Source of the DNA: a virus
IMG/VR virus record: IMGVR_UViG_3300033149_003257
Location: 1-64,000 of that record
DNA: 64,000 nt
Strand: one strand, 5' to 3'
Part shown: piece after piece, positions 18,501-29,700 of the stretch
Layout of the letters: every line of letters begins with the position of its first letter
Position numbering within the stretch: the first letter of the stretch is position 1
Program-made: the position numbers and the translations under genes
The notes under the pieces: model-generated
The model's database searches: none
The model's input: only the letters and a program-made list of their open reading frames with translations
What the model was told of the DNA's origin: nothing

Positions 18501-19406
18501 TTAAGTAACTAAAGAAGTCATTTGTTCTGGAACTATCAAAACTCTTTCTGCAATATCTTCTAATAATAATTTAGCATTTAAATTTTTTTCTTTTGTACTA
18601 TACTTTACTATAGATAAAAATAAGTTCCATGTAGAAATATTAATATTATCTAATTGTTGAGTTTCATCACTTAAATCTTGATTTATAATATTAGAAAGAA
18701 ATTCAGTTATTTCATGTCTTCGTTTTTTTCCTACTTTTTCAATTAATTCTAAAGTTGACATAACATCATCTATAGATAAATTACTATTAAAATTATTTTG
18801 TATTAATGTTAATATATTTCCAGAAAATACGTTTACATAATTAGCTACAGCAGATATCATTTTTGTTTGAGAATTTCTAATATGTACTTGTCTCATAGAA
18901 CCAATTTTTGTTCTAAAACCAAAACCAATTCGTTTTGAAGATCCTTCATGCATACATATTCCAAAACTAACATTAACTGTTTTGGTTCCATCATAACTAT
19001 TTGTTATAATTAGTTGTGGATATATATCACCAATAGAAGGATGATTTGTAGGATTTTGTATAACTATTTCATTATACATTTGAGTAAGCTTTGGTGATAA
19101 CATTGTATATTCCCTTAAAATAGCATTTCCACTTTGTAAAATGAATTGTCTTATCTTTTCATTTATATGATCGTTACCAATAAATTCATATAATCTAGAA
19201 AGAACTCCAGCAAAAGTAAACTCTTGATTATTTTGTCCTTTTGTAAATAAACCAAAATATGGTACATCTACATTATCAAGAAGTTCTGATCCATCTTTTG
19301 TTCTTAATTGATTATATACTACTTCTCCATACTGATCTTGATAATGAAAACAACCATTACCTCTATTTGTTAAACCCATGCTTTCTGCACGTTGTTCAAA
19401 ATCCAT
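18501..19406 (-). CDS. DUF932-like protein
   Basis: SRLYEFIGN...YPQLIITNSYDGT...RQVHI pattern. Confidence 0.55.
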   Translation of the reverse strand: MDFEQRAESMGLTNRGNGCFHYQDQYGEVVYNQLRTKDGSELLDNVDVPYFGLFTKGQNNQEFTFAGVLSRLYEFIGNDHINEKIRQFILQSGNAILREYTMLSPKLTQMYNEIVIQNPTNHPSIGDIYPQLIITNSYDGTKTVNVSFGICMHEGSSKRIGFGFRTKIGSMRQVHIRNSQTKMISAVANYVNVFSGNILTLIQNNFNSNLSIDDVMSTLELIEKVGKKRRHEITEFLSNIINQDLSDETQQLDNINISTWNLFLSIVKYSTKEKNLNAKLLLEDIAERVLIVPEQMTSLVT

Positions 19407-19424
19407 TCTATATCTCTCTTTCTC

Positions 19425-20048
19425 CTAAAAGATAGAAACCCTTTCTGCAATAATTCTCATATAAATATTTCTATTATCATAAATAAATCTTTCATTTATT
19501 TGTATAACTTTAAATCGTTTTTCTAATTCAAAATAATATCTTGCTCTTTGTGGTGTCCATATACTAGCATGTGGATCTTCTGGTTCATTTAAAAGTTCAG
19601 TAGTCAGCAAAATATTATTGAACTCATAATCTTTATCATTTATATCTTCTTGTAATAACATATCGGATAATAATGTATAGTTTGGTACAATTACATCTAC
19701 TAAACCACCAATTTTAATACAAGTCGATAACATATAAATAAAATATAAAACTTCTGTCATTCTTACATGCTCTAAATATCTATATAATACAACTCTATCA
19801 AAAGAATTTCTATAAGAACTAATAAAATCTTGCCAGGTTGATTTTATATAAAATATTTTTGTAGAACTTTTAATATAATTCCATTTTTTATGTAGTCTAT
19901 CAATTTCATCAATTTCAGTTTTATCAATATAACATGGATCTACATTTACTATAAAATATTGTCCATGTAAATCCAAATCAAGTGGCTCTGATTTTCCAGA
20001 TCCAATATTTAAAATTGAAAGTTTTTCTTTTTGTGAATTAACCATCAC
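19425..20048 (-). CDS. Class I SAM-dependent methyltransferase-like protein
   Basis: ILNIGSG, VNVD, FDRV..YRYLEHV, GGLVDVIVPN. Confidence 0.7.
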   Translation of the reverse strand: MMVNSQKEKLSILNIGSGKSEPLDLDLHGQYFIVNVDPCYIDKTEIDEIDRLHKKWNYIKSSTKIFYIKSTWQDFISSYRNSFDRVVLYRYLEHVRMTEVLYFIYMLSTCIKIGGLVDVIVPNYTLLSDMLLQEDINDKDYEFNNILLTTELLNEPEDPHASIWTPQRARYYFELEKRFKVIQINERFIYDNRNIYMRIIAERVSIF

Positions 20049-20397
20049 GTTCTGCCCTTTCTATCCATATAATATCATTATATGTTAAATTATTAAGTCC
20101 AATATTTTTAAAAGATTCAATAACTCTATCTTTAAAATTTAATAGAGTTTCATTATCATCCATGTTAGTTGGATGTAGTCCAAAACAAATTGAATCTGAA
20201 TATTGACTTATAAAATATTTTATATTATTTTCTTCTAATTTATTAATAAATATATCAATAATATCTTCATAAATATCATCTTCAGATTTTTTTCCATTTG
20301 AAACTAATTTTCGATAATCATCATAATCTAATTCCATTCCCCATACTACAAAAGAAGTAGTACTCGAATTTGTTACAAAATTTGTTTTTACTTTCAT
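20038..20397 (-). CDS. Conserved hypothetical protein (FVTNSSxxSF N-terminal motif)
   Basis: MKVKTNFVTNSSTTSFVVWG. Confidence 0.7.
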   Translation of the reverse strand: MKVKTNFVTNSSTTSFVVWGMELDYDDYRKLVSNGKKSEDDIYEDIIDIFINKLEENNIKYFISQYSDSICFGLHPTNMDDNETLLNFKDRVIESFKNIGLNNLTYNDIIWIERAERDG

Positions 20398-20406
20398 ATT
20401 TTTCTC

Positions 20407-21132
20407 TCACATGAATTCACTAACAATTGATTTTGTAAAGGGTAATAAATAGAAATTAAAATATCTTTCTCTATCTACATCAGAAAGATCTATTAATTTA
20501 ATAGTAGGTTTACTAATTTCTATTTCTCTATATCTCTTAAAAAATACTACAAACTTATTATTTAAAGTTGGAATACAAAATAGTTTGGGGTTCTCTCCAA
20601 ATATAATTTCATCTTTTATTTTTTGCAAACTTTTAAATATTATTTCTTTAATTGAAAAATTAATTTTCAACATTTTTTTATAAATTTTATCCATTTCTTC
20701 ATATCTATATGAAACACCTTTAACTGTAATTTTTTCTCCATCATAAGCTATATACTTATTTCTATCAAATGATATAATAAAAACTTCAAAAATAGTTTGT
20801 AGATTTAAAGGGAGAGATTGTGTTGCAGTCTTTTCTAAACGTTTTGTTAAAATTACTCCATCATATTGTCTTAATAATAATTCTTCATTTTTTACATTAT
20901 TAATATGTAAATATTCACTAATTATAGAATTGGTAACTTTATTTAACATTTTTGATAATCTTGAATTACCTTTCATCATTTGACCAATTCTAATATTTCT
21001 CGTTTCTTTAATATTTTTGTCTATATCTGAAATATCAATACCAATTTTTTCCAATATTGAATAATGACAAGATGGTATATCATATGAATATACATTTCTC
21101 AAAAATAATCTACAATTGTCGTTAAATTTCAT
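20407..21132 (-). CDS. Small family-B DNA polymerase palm-like protein
   Basis: VYSYDIPSCHYSIL (motif A-like), RQYDGVIL (motif C-like), KYI...ITVKGV. Confidence 0.5.
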   Translation of the reverse strand: MKFNDNCRLFLRNVYSYDIPSCHYSILEKIGIDISDIDKNIKETRNIRIGQMMKGNSRLSKMLNKVTNSIISEYLHINNVKNEELLLRQYDGVILTKRLEKTATQSLPLNLQTIFEVFIISFDRNKYIAYDGEKITVKGVSYRYEEMDKIYKKMLKINFSIKEIIFKSLQKIKDEIIFGENPKLFCIPTLNNKFVVFFKRYREIEISKPTIKLIDLSDVDRERYFNFYLLPFTKSIVSEFM

Positions 21133-21147
21133 AATCGTATATTTTTT

Positions 21148-21184
21148 GGGAATTTATAACTATTTATATTAGTTATAAATTCCC
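21148..21184. terminator. Intergenic hairpin (terminator or processing site)
   Basis: gggaatttataacta / tagttataaattccc 15-bp stem; no clear U tail on the minus strand. Confidence 0.5.
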
Positions 21185-21198
21185 TACAATTTAATATA

Positions 21199-21963
21199 TT
21201 ATTTTACTAAAGTTAACATAACAGAATCAATTTGAACAAGATGATTCAAATCATTCATGTTAATTTGTCTTTCATATAACCATTCAAAAACATCATTATT
21301 TGTATTTAAGGTATCAATTTGTTTAGATATTTGTTTATAAAGAATTTGTAAATTTTCTTTATTTGCATTATTAGCTAATTTTGATATAATTTCAGCTTGA
21401 TCAACAGATGGTACATTAAATCCAATTTCAGATTTTTTGACCTTAATTTGATCAAACGGAATTAACTTATCATTATGTTGAATACAAAATGTTACTATTA
21501 AACCTGTTTTTATGGCATAACATTTTAAAAATATTTCTTCATTATATTGATATAATACTTCAAAACCATTACTATATACATTCATTTTTTGACCATCAAG
21601 ATTTGGAACTAGAAATTGATCAGCATTTTCAAAAACTTGTAATTTTCTTTTATCATTTCCTCTATCATCTTTACCACCTTTTGGATCCAGAACAGAGAAA
21701 ATAATAGTTGATTTTGAGTCAACTCCTCTAATATCTACTGATACTTTATTTATATTATTAAATCGGTCCAAATTTGAATTACACCAATCAGTAAAATTAA
21801 TCATCGAAATATTAAAAGGAGGTGTATTTTCTTGTTGTTCATTTAGATTTTCTAACTGTCCGTTCGGAGTTTCTTCATTTCTAGGTAACTCTAAGTCATC
21901 TACATTAAATAAATTATTACCTTCCCCAGGTTGTTTTACCATTTCTGACAAATTTTCATCCAT
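21199..21963 (-). CDS. Hypothetical protein
   Basis: 254-aa ORF with AGGAG RBS. Confidence 0.65.
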   Translation of the reverse strand: MDENLSEMVKQPGEGNNLFNVDDLELPRNEETPNGQLENLNEQQENTPPFNISMINFTDWCNSNLDRFNNINKVSVDIRGVDSKSTIIFSVLDPKGGKDDRGNDKRKLQVFENADQFLVPNLDGQKMNVYSNGFEVLYQYNEEIFLKCYAIKTGLIVTFCIQHNDKLIPFDQIKVKKSEIGFNVPSVDQAEIISKLANNANKENLQILYKQISKQIDTLNTNNDVFEWLYERQINMNDLNHLVQIDSVMLTLVK

Positions 21964-21984
21964 TTTTTTCTCCTTTAAAAATTA

Positions 21985-22335
21985 TTATTCTAACCATTTA
22001 GAATTGATTAAAAGTTTTTCTCTCCATTTTTCAGGATCAATATCTGAAAAAGATTCCAAAATTGCTCCAGATAAAGCCATTATTTTTATTATATTTTCAT
22101 AAGTTTTTATTGGAGCCCTTTTATTAATTTCATATTCTCTACATGTTAATAACCATTCTGGTAATTCATTTGACCATTTATTTGTATATGATTCTATAGC
22201 TTTATCAATATAGTGTTTCAAAAATACTAAAAAACTTGCTATATTTAAGTTCTTATCATTCTTATAATTACCAAATACAGTTTGTTCATATAATCTTTCT
22301 TTTTTATATAATTCAATTAAATCTATTATATTCAT
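21985..22335 (-). CDS. Hypothetical protein, possibly MazG-like all-alpha NTP pyrophosphatase fold
   Basis: KERLYEQTVFG...ENIIKIMALSGAILE pattern; weak. Confidence 0.4.
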   Translation of the reverse strand: MNIIDLIELYKKERLYEQTVFGNYKNDKNLNIASFLVFLKHYIDKAIESYTNKWSNELPEWLLTCREYEINKRAPIKTYENIIKIMALSGAILESFSDIDPEKWREKLLINSKWLE

Positions 22336-22994
22336 TAAATTTTTTCTCCTTGTATTTCTAAATATGATTCTTTTAACTCATTATATATTTTATTTCTTCT
22401 TTCAGGAATACCATAAAATGATAGTTCCCATATAATAGAATGAATTATATCTAATAATGAAAATTGTGTTTCATATTCTTCAGATATATTTTTATCATCT
22501 GAGGAGTTTGATAAGTTATATATTTCTTTATAAAAAATATGGTTCCCAAGTTTTAATGGAATATCAATAATCTCTTTTAAAGATGACAAATCAATAGCAT
22601 AACAAGTCTCTGTTTTTTCATTATAACCATATACATCGATGTAATTTTCTATTTCATCATCAATACTATTATCATTCCATATATTTATTCGTGTTACTTT
22701 TTGTAAAGTTATATAATCGATATCGCTACAAACATAATAATCTTCTTGACATAAATTAAATTCTTCAATAAAAGGACCAAAGAAACTATCTAATAACTGA
22801 AATATCGGATATTCTATAATTATCTTAAAATAATCTTTGAGAGTAAATCCATTTTCTAATATAGAATTAACAAATAAAATTGAAAGGTCTTTACTATCTT
22901 TTGCAATATAATTTCCAGTAGGATAATATTCATCAGAATTTTCTTCTTGTTTCATTATTTCTATAAGTCCATTTTTCTTTAATAATAATTTCAT
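22335..22994 (-). CDS. Hypothetical acidic protein
   Basis: 219-aa ORF ending in IIWELSFYG. Confidence 0.6.
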   Translation of the reverse strand: MKLLLKKNGLIEIMKQEENSDEYYPTGNYIAKDSKDLSILFVNSILENGFTLKDYFKIIIEYPIFQLLDSFFGPFIEEFNLCQEDYYVCSDIDYITLQKVTRINIWNDNSIDDEIENYIDVYGYNEKTETCYAIDLSSLKEIIDIPLKLGNHIFYKEIYNLSNSSDDKNISEEYETQFSLLDIIHSIIWELSFYGIPERRNKIYNELKESYLEIQGEKI

Positions 22995-23018
22995 AAATTC
23001 ACCTGTTCAAATTAAAAT

Positions 23019-23095
23019 TGGTCGGAACGGAGAGATTCGAACTCTCGTGAACTTGGTCCCAAACCAAGTGATTAACCAAACTAACCTACGTTCCG
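23019..23095 (-). tRNA. tRNA-Pro (UGG) with encoded CCA
   Basis: Acceptor stem CGGAACG/CGTTCCG, anticodon arm CTTGG-TTTGGGA-CCAAG, T arm GAGAG-TTCGAAT-CTCTC, 3' ACCA. Confidence 0.95.
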
Positions 23096-23250
23096 ATTTT
23101 TTTTCTTCTCCATTTTAAAAAACGTTTAAATATAACTTTTTCATAAGTAAAACAAATTTTATAAGAAAATTTTTTCGGTATTCCACAATCAATTAGTCTA
23201 CAATATATATGTAATGGATTCATTATATGATAGAATATTGATTTGTGCAT
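23086..23250 (-). CDS. Small 54-aa protein (not in ORF track) overlapping the tRNA 5' end
   Basis: GAGGTG RBS, then MHKSIFYHIMNPLHIYCRLIDCGIPKKFSYKICFTYEKVIFKRFLKWRRKKIGT*. Confidence 0.55.
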   Translation of the reverse strand: MHKSIFYHIMNPLHIYCRLIDCGIPKKFSYKICFTYEKVIFKRFLKWRRKKIGT

Positions 23251-23272
23251 TTTTTACACCTCAAGTATTTTT

Positions 23273-23282
23273 TAATTTGTTC
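23273..23282 (-). promoter_or_regulatory. Candidate late promoter element GAACAAATTA
   Basis: Third exact intergenic copy; upstream of the small ORF and tRNA. Confidence 0.5.
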
Positions 23283-23305
23283 TACTTAAAATATTATAAA
23301 TAAAA

Positions 23306-24013
23306 CTATTTCAATAATAAATCAAGATATTTTAAATTTTTATGCAAATATGAAGAATGCTGTTTCATATATTCTAAAACAATATATCCATACCACTTAT
23401 ATTTATATTTTAACTCTCTTACAAAAGATACTAAATTTAAATCACCATTTTGTATATTAAACGGTAGATGTTGTTGTTTTCCAATTCTATTAGATAAATG
23501 AATTACAGAAATCTTACTTAATAAAAATGGAATTATTTCATGATTAAACCATACATCACTAACATGACTAGTATCAAATGTAATCGATAAAGAATTAGAT
23601 TGTAAACATATTTCATAAATATTTAGTGGACTTCTTAATTCTTTCTTTTTTCTCCATTGAAAAGTTTCTATACTCAAGTTATATCTACCAATTCGATGTC
23701 GTAAAAAATAATTAGTAAATTGTATTATTCCTTTATTTGGATGAATTACAAAATATTGACAATCAGAAGAAAAAGATAATTCATCTATTAGTTCTATCAA
23801 ATCATGAACGTTTAAAACTGATAGACAATCAATTGGTAAATGAATTACTTTAATTTTATCTTTATTTTTTGATAAAGAGTCTAATATCAATTCTTTATTT
23901 TCTTGAAAAATACTAGTTTTAAAGATTGATATTTGTAGAAATACATTCATATAATCTATATTTTTGATAGACTCTTCATCATATAAAGGATATGAAATCA
24001 TATTTTCAATCAT
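23306..24013 (-). CDS. Xylose isomerase/AP endonuclease 2-like TIM-barrel metalloenzyme
   Basis: VIHLP, VIHP, SIE, FDTSH, IHLSN, QHLP, VLEY metal-ligand pattern. Confidence 0.75.
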   Translation of the reverse strand: MIENMISYPLYDEESIKNIDYMNVFLQISIFKTSIFQENKELILDSLSKNKDKIKVIHLPIDCLSVLNVHDLIELIDELSFSSDCQYFVIHPNKGIIQFTNYFLRHRIGRYNLSIETFQWRKKKELRSPLNIYEICLQSNSLSITFDTSHVSDVWFNHEIIPFLLSKISVIHLSNRIGKQQHLPFNIQNGDLNLVSFVRELKYKYKWYGYIVLEYMKQHSSYLHKNLKYLDLLLK

Positions 24014-24288
24014 AAAAATATGTCCTTCAGTCTTTAGATAATTTAGTTAATTTTATATTATGTTCATAAAGTATATGTCTTATATTTGACTTTAATTCAT
24101 TAAATAAATATTCTTTAAATAAATCAACTTCATAATCTGCAAAATTAGATAAAATTCTACATAAAATATTTATTGTATCTTCTGATTTTAAATTAAATTT
24201 TCCAATTTCACCATATCTATTTTTGATAATATCTATTTAATTATTTCGAAATCCAGCTATAAATTCTTGTTTATAAAACCATTCATGT

Positions 24289-25422
24289 TTAGGTAACATA
24301 ATTTAAAGATACCATTTCAGATTTTTCAAATAATCTTTTTCTTATAGATACAGCTGGCTTTCCAACTTCTGGCTGAAATAATACTAACCTATCCCATTTA
24401 TTTCTTTTCTTTGGAATAACATAATTTCTTTCCCATTTAACATTTTTTAACCACATTGGAAATTTTTCTGTTTTTGGTTTATGATTACTATAACCATATT
24501 TATAAAAAGCAAGCTCAGTTGCTCTTGTCATAAAGCGCAATCTAGGAATTATATTATAAACATATTTCTTTCTTAAATTAGTAAGTTTAACTAAATTTTC
24601 TTGATTAGAATCAAATTTTCGAAAATCTAAGATTTCTGGAAAATCCACTTCTACTTGAAGAGCTTCAACTTTAATGGATTTTCCACTTCCTGTAGTAGTT
24701 TTTGGCCACTCTTGGGGTTTTTCAGATTCAGGATATTTAATACCGTCTTGTAACATACTTTTGATTTGTGAATTATAAAATGTAGCTTCTTTATTTAATC
24801 GCTCGATTAAAGCTTTTGTTATAAAATAATATTGTCCATATAGACTAATCCATCTATTTGGATGAACAAAATGTTTAAAAATTATAGAATTTCCAGTAAA
24901 TAATTTATTCTCCATTAAAAATTGATTTTCTTTTGCAGTTGGTAAAAATTCAATTTTTCTCCAACCTTTATGCCAATTTCCATTCAAATCAGTTAAAGAA
25001 AAATTTCTAAAATCACCAACTCCAGAAGTAGTCATTACATTCATATCTTTTATTCTAACAGAAAATGAAAATACATTTTTATTAGCACTAAGGCTAACTA
25101 TTGAACCGTGTCTATTTTCAGAAGAAACTAGTTGCTGCCCTTCTTTAGATTTCCTTCTTCTCATAGAATGATAAGTTGGTAAATTTATTACAGCACCTCT
25201 TCCAGACAATTCATATAAAAAACATGCTAAATCTAAATCTGTTCCTACAAATACTCCATTAACATAAGCTGGACCTGGTTTTCTAGAAAATAAATCATAA
25301 CCCCACCAACTTAAAACTTCATCTATTGTTCTAGATATATCTTCATTATTTATAATATCATCCATAGCTTGTGTATCAAGAACTTCCTTTAATGTCATTG
25401 CAACTTTTTTTGGTCGTGTCAT
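24289..25422 (-). CDS. Hypothetical protein
   Basis: 377-aa ORF with AGGAG RBS. Confidence 0.7.
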   Translation of the reverse strand: MTRPKKVAMTLKEVLDTQAMDDIINNEDISRTIDEVLSWWGYDLFSRKPGPAYVNGVFVGTDLDLACFLYELSGRGAVINLPTYHSMRRRKSKEGQQLVSSENRHGSIVSLSANKNVFSFSVRIKDMNVMTTSGVGDFRNFSLTDLNGNWHKGWRKIEFLPTAKENQFLMENKLFTGNSIIFKHFVHPNRWISLYGQYYFITKALIERLNKEATFYNSQIKSMLQDGIKYPESEKPQEWPKTTTGSGKSIKVEALQVEVDFPEILDFRKFDSNQENLVKLTNLRKKYVYNIIPRLRFMTRATELAFYKYGYSNHKPKTEKFPMWLKNVKWERNYVIPKKRNKWDRLVLFQPEVGKPAVSIRKRLFEKSEMVSLNYVT

Positions 25423-25443
25423 CTTTACTCCTTTTGTTTTATT

Positions 25444-25842
25444 TTAATCCAACACTTTTACGGCTGGATAACATATTGTTCCATCAGGTGGTGAAACTTT
25501 TGATATTCTATAAAAAGGATCAATTATATTTTTTCTATAAAATTGATCTAAATCATAATCACTATCTAGAATAGAAATCCTACAAATACTATATGGTTTT
25601 TTACCTTTTCCTATTGAAAGTACTCTCTTTATGTTAAAACATGCCGGACAGTCCGTTTGTCTTCTAATAAACTTTTCTGCTTGATATTTTCTTTCAAAAA
25701 CCATTATTCCAAGAGTTCCTTTTGGAGCTTCTACAATTGTATCTTTTTTATAGTTAAGTCTATATTTTTTAATTCCATTACATAATGAAAGAAATGCGCT
25801 TTTATTATCTTCTGATACAACTTTATATTTTACTTTTCTCAT
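25444..25842 (-). CDS. Hypothetical basic protein
   Basis: 132-aa ORF with GGAG RBS. Confidence 0.6.
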   Translation of the reverse strand: MRKVKYKVVSEDNKSAFLSLCNGIKKYRLNYKKDTIVEAPKGTLGIMVFERKYQAEKFIRRQTDCPACFNIKRVLSIGKGKKPYSICRISILDSDYDLDQFYRKNIIDPFYRISKVSPPDGTICYPAVKVLD

Positions 25843-25857
25843 AAAATATACTCCATT

Positions 25858-26733
25858 TTAAATATGATAATTTCCATTAAATCCATCTGGTATAGATTTC
25901 CAATTAATAGCAATTGCTTCAGAAGTATGAATAGATTCTTCATGAGTACATTTTACAATCCAATCATATATTTCTATTTTTTCATTTAAACAATTAGAAA
26001 TTAATCTAATTGCATCTTCAACAAATATTGGATTTTCTGAAGCAATTCTTGCAACTTCCATTTCATCTTCCCTTTTTATAATTGGATAAGGTCTAGTTCT
26101 AATAACATTTTCAACAGATTCTATTATATCTTCCAACCAAACATAATTTGGTTCTTTTGTCTCAATTAATATATCTGCATAAGATCTTTGTGCGTGTGGA
26201 AAACCACTTTTAGAATTTTCTTTTAAATGATTACATAATTCAGCAGAACATGGACAATATGATGAGTATTGAATTATAACTCCTTGAAAAAATTTAAAAA
26301 TTCTAGAATGACTTTGATCTGATAAAAGAATTTCTTTCATCTGTCCTTCAAATCTACATTTATAATATAAAGGAAATACATTATTTGTTATTGGAGATTT
26401 TTTCTTTATTGGAAATCTAAATTCAAATTTCATAAAAGCAGAATGGGATCCAATATTACTAGTAACATCATCAAGTATTTGCTTAATTAATATATGTTTT
26501 AATGGAAGTTCTAAATAATTTTTTAAAGTAAGCAATAACCTTGACATTGATATTCCTTTTTTTGTAGGACCTAAACTAGTTCTCATAGAAACATTTGCTA
26601 TTAATTGATGATATCCTCCATATTTTGATTCTAATCTAAAAGGAACTTCAACATTTTGAACTCCCACTTGTGCTATTGGAATTTGAATATTTGGTTTACT
26701 TTCTTGAACATCTGGTAAATTACTATTAATCAT
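25858..26733 (-). CDS. folE2: GTP cyclohydrolase I type B (FolE2/MptA family)
   Basis: LPDVQ, KGISMSR, CPCS, PHAQRS, KREDE, NPIFVEDAIR, EESIH. Confidence 0.95.
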   Translation of the reverse strand: MINSNLPDVQESKPNIQIPIAQVGVQNVEVPFRLESKYGGYHQLIANVSMRTSLGPTKKGISMSRLLLTLKNYLELPLKHILIKQILDDVTSNIGSHSAFMKFEFRFPIKKKSPITNNVFPLYYKCRFEGQMKEILLSDQSHSRIFKFFQGVIIQYSSYCPCSAELCNHLKENSKSGFPHAQRSYADILIETKEPNYVWLEDIIESVENVIRTRPYPIIKREDEMEVARIASENPIFVEDAIRLISNCLNEKIEIYDWIVKCTHEESIHTSEAIAINWKSIPDGFNGNYHI

Positions 26734-26751
26734 AAGTTCTCCTTATATAGA

Positions 26752-29700
26752 TTAGTTTTTATTACCTCTCTTAACTCCTATAGATATTAAATAAGCATCT
26801 AATAATTTAACAGATTCTGAAACTATAGACTGTTCTTTTTGATCTTTAATATGATCTGATTCAATTATTTCTTTGATATAGTTATTTTTTAAATCAATAC
26901 AATCAGATTTAGTAGTTAAAAATTCAAATAAATTACATGGCGCATCATGTGCAATTAAACAAGCAGTTTCCATTTCACCACACCTTTGTCCGCCTCTATT
27001 TTTTCTCCCCCCTAAAGGTTGTAAAGTTTTTCTAGCATATGAACCAATTCCTCTAACTGCTAATTTCTCTTCTGCTATATGAGAAATTTTTGAGAAATAT
27101 AAATATCCAACTGCAATAGGATTTTGAACAATTGTTTGATTTATTGGATCATATATTTCTGATTCAAATTCAGTATTTGTATATTTCATAATAGATTTTA
27201 ACTGTTCTATATTAATAGATTCAAAAGGAGGTTGTATTATAGTAAGATTATTAATAAAATTTTCATCTATAATATCAGGACATTGTTCTTTAAATTGATT
27301 AGAATACCATTTATCTTTTGTACTATCAATCATTTCAATATATTTAATAATATAATCTTTTGTTTCTTTATTACTAAATTTATTTAAATTTTTTAAAGCT
27401 TCTTGTTTTAAATTATAAAAAGACATAGACAAATGTAGTTCAAATAATTGACCAATATTCATTCTAGATATTATACCAAGTGGGTTGATACATATATCAA
27501 CATGTCTACCATCTTTTAATTTTGGCATCTTTTGATGATCAATAATATTAGAAACTATACCTTTATTACCATGTCGATTTACTATTTTATCTCCTATTTG
27601 TATATCTCTAAAAAATATTCCATTTATTTCAACTCTAATTCCATTTACTTTTTCATTTTTAAATTTATATTTTCCAGAATGAGAAAACTTATTTAATCTT
27701 TTTTCTCTAATTATATTTTCTGCTCTATTTTTTGGGAATAAATCAAAAATGATATCTTTAAATTTATTTTCATCTTTAATTTGTCTTTCTGTTATATTAG
27801 TTATCCAATCTACAAATTCAGGAATATCAGTATTCCACTCATTAGCAAATACATTTACTTCTGTAATAATCATATTCTTTTTTACTTTTAATGGAATCTC
27901 TTCTTCAAATATAGAACAGAAATTTGGAACTGAAACTAATTCTTTCAAAATTGCATATGGTTTACCTATTTTAATTGTTTCAAATTTATTAGGAATTGGT
28001 TTATATATTTCTTTATCTAAACTTAATAACACTTTATTTGGAGGTATATTAAATGATAAATCTTCTATGTGTATTGATGTAAGTGATTCATCTTTCACTA
28101 ATCTATCTGAAATAATAATTCCATCTTCATAATTATATCCATAGTATGACATTACAGCACATAAAAGATTTTTTCCTAAATTTATCTTACCATTTGTTAA
28201 AAAATTACTTTCTGCTAATATATCACCTTTCTTAAATTTATCACCAACTCTTACATAAAGACTCATAAAATCCATATTTTCAACATATATATTTCTAGCT
28301 GATATATCAAAAATATCAGAAGTATTATCATTATAAGTTACAATAAGAAAATTAGTATCGATATATAACACTTCACCATCTTTTTTAGCTATTTTAATAA
28401 ATTGGGTATATTTAGTATACAAACTTTCACAACCAGATTGAATCATTGGTATATCAAAATTTTTTAACATTACTGATTGTCTCATTTGTGAAGAAGCCAT
28501 TTGTAATCTTGTTTGATCATTATGTTCTAAAAATGGAATCATAGAAATTGGTATAGAAATAGGTTCTTTTTCTAGAAATTCTTTTTTAAATCTCAAATTT
28601 TCATCTAATTTAACATTTGGAATTAAACTTTGTAATACCCCACAATTATCTCTATCTGGTGTATCTACTGGACATATTCTTCCAAACATTGTTTCAGATA
28701 TATCACGTAAATGTTTTGGAACATTCTCTCTTTTAAAACCTCCTGGACCCAGTAAACTAGTTCTAGATAATCTAGTCAATTCATCAATAGGATTTATAGA
28801 AAAATCAAATTGAACTATATCGGATACATTACAATCTGATAATATTTGACTAGAATTTATATTAAATTTTGGTTGTCTGGAAGTTCTATTTGACATACAT
28901 AAATCAAAAATTGTTTTTGAAACTCTAGTTAATATTATATATTCAAAACATCTTATTCTTTTGTTAATGAAATTAGTATCATCAAAAGGTCCATTTTCAA
29001 TTGCATTAACTAATTCATCTAGAACGTTATTTGTTTTAAAAAATCTTTTTGACGTTATATCTGTTTTCATTATTAAATCTAAAGCATATACAACATTATC
29101 ACCTTTAGTTCTAGAATCATATTTAGAATACATTCTACCAAGTTCTAAAATATAATCATCCTGTGAAAAACCTTCGGATTCCTCATAATACATTTTTAAA
29201 TCAAACAATAACTTTTCAATTAATGTATTTGGATTATTTGATATTGTAATAGATGAAAAATTATATTTATCATCTAAATAATCTGGGCCAAAATATGAAA
29301 ACATTAATAACGATAAAGGAACTTTCTTTCCTAGAAAACTAGCCATAACGAGAGGTTCTTGTATTTCAGAATCTAGTTTTCTTGTATTTTCAATAACTAA
29401 TATAGTTGCTACATTTGTTCTTAACTTAATATTTTTACCTCTAGTTACAATAGGAATATCAAATAATTGAAACTGTGGTATTTTTTTCTTTCCATTAATA
29501 ATAATATAATTATCATCAACTAATTTTGGAATATACATACTGAGATCTAACTCAAAAGTTCCTTTTTTCAATTTTATTACTAAATTTTGTTTTAACGTTT
29601 TTTGTAATTCTCCAGAAGAAAATTTATGATCTTTTATTGTGCATTCAATAATTTCAAAACCAATTTCTTCTACTGTTTTTACTATTTCTTGAATTTGTTG

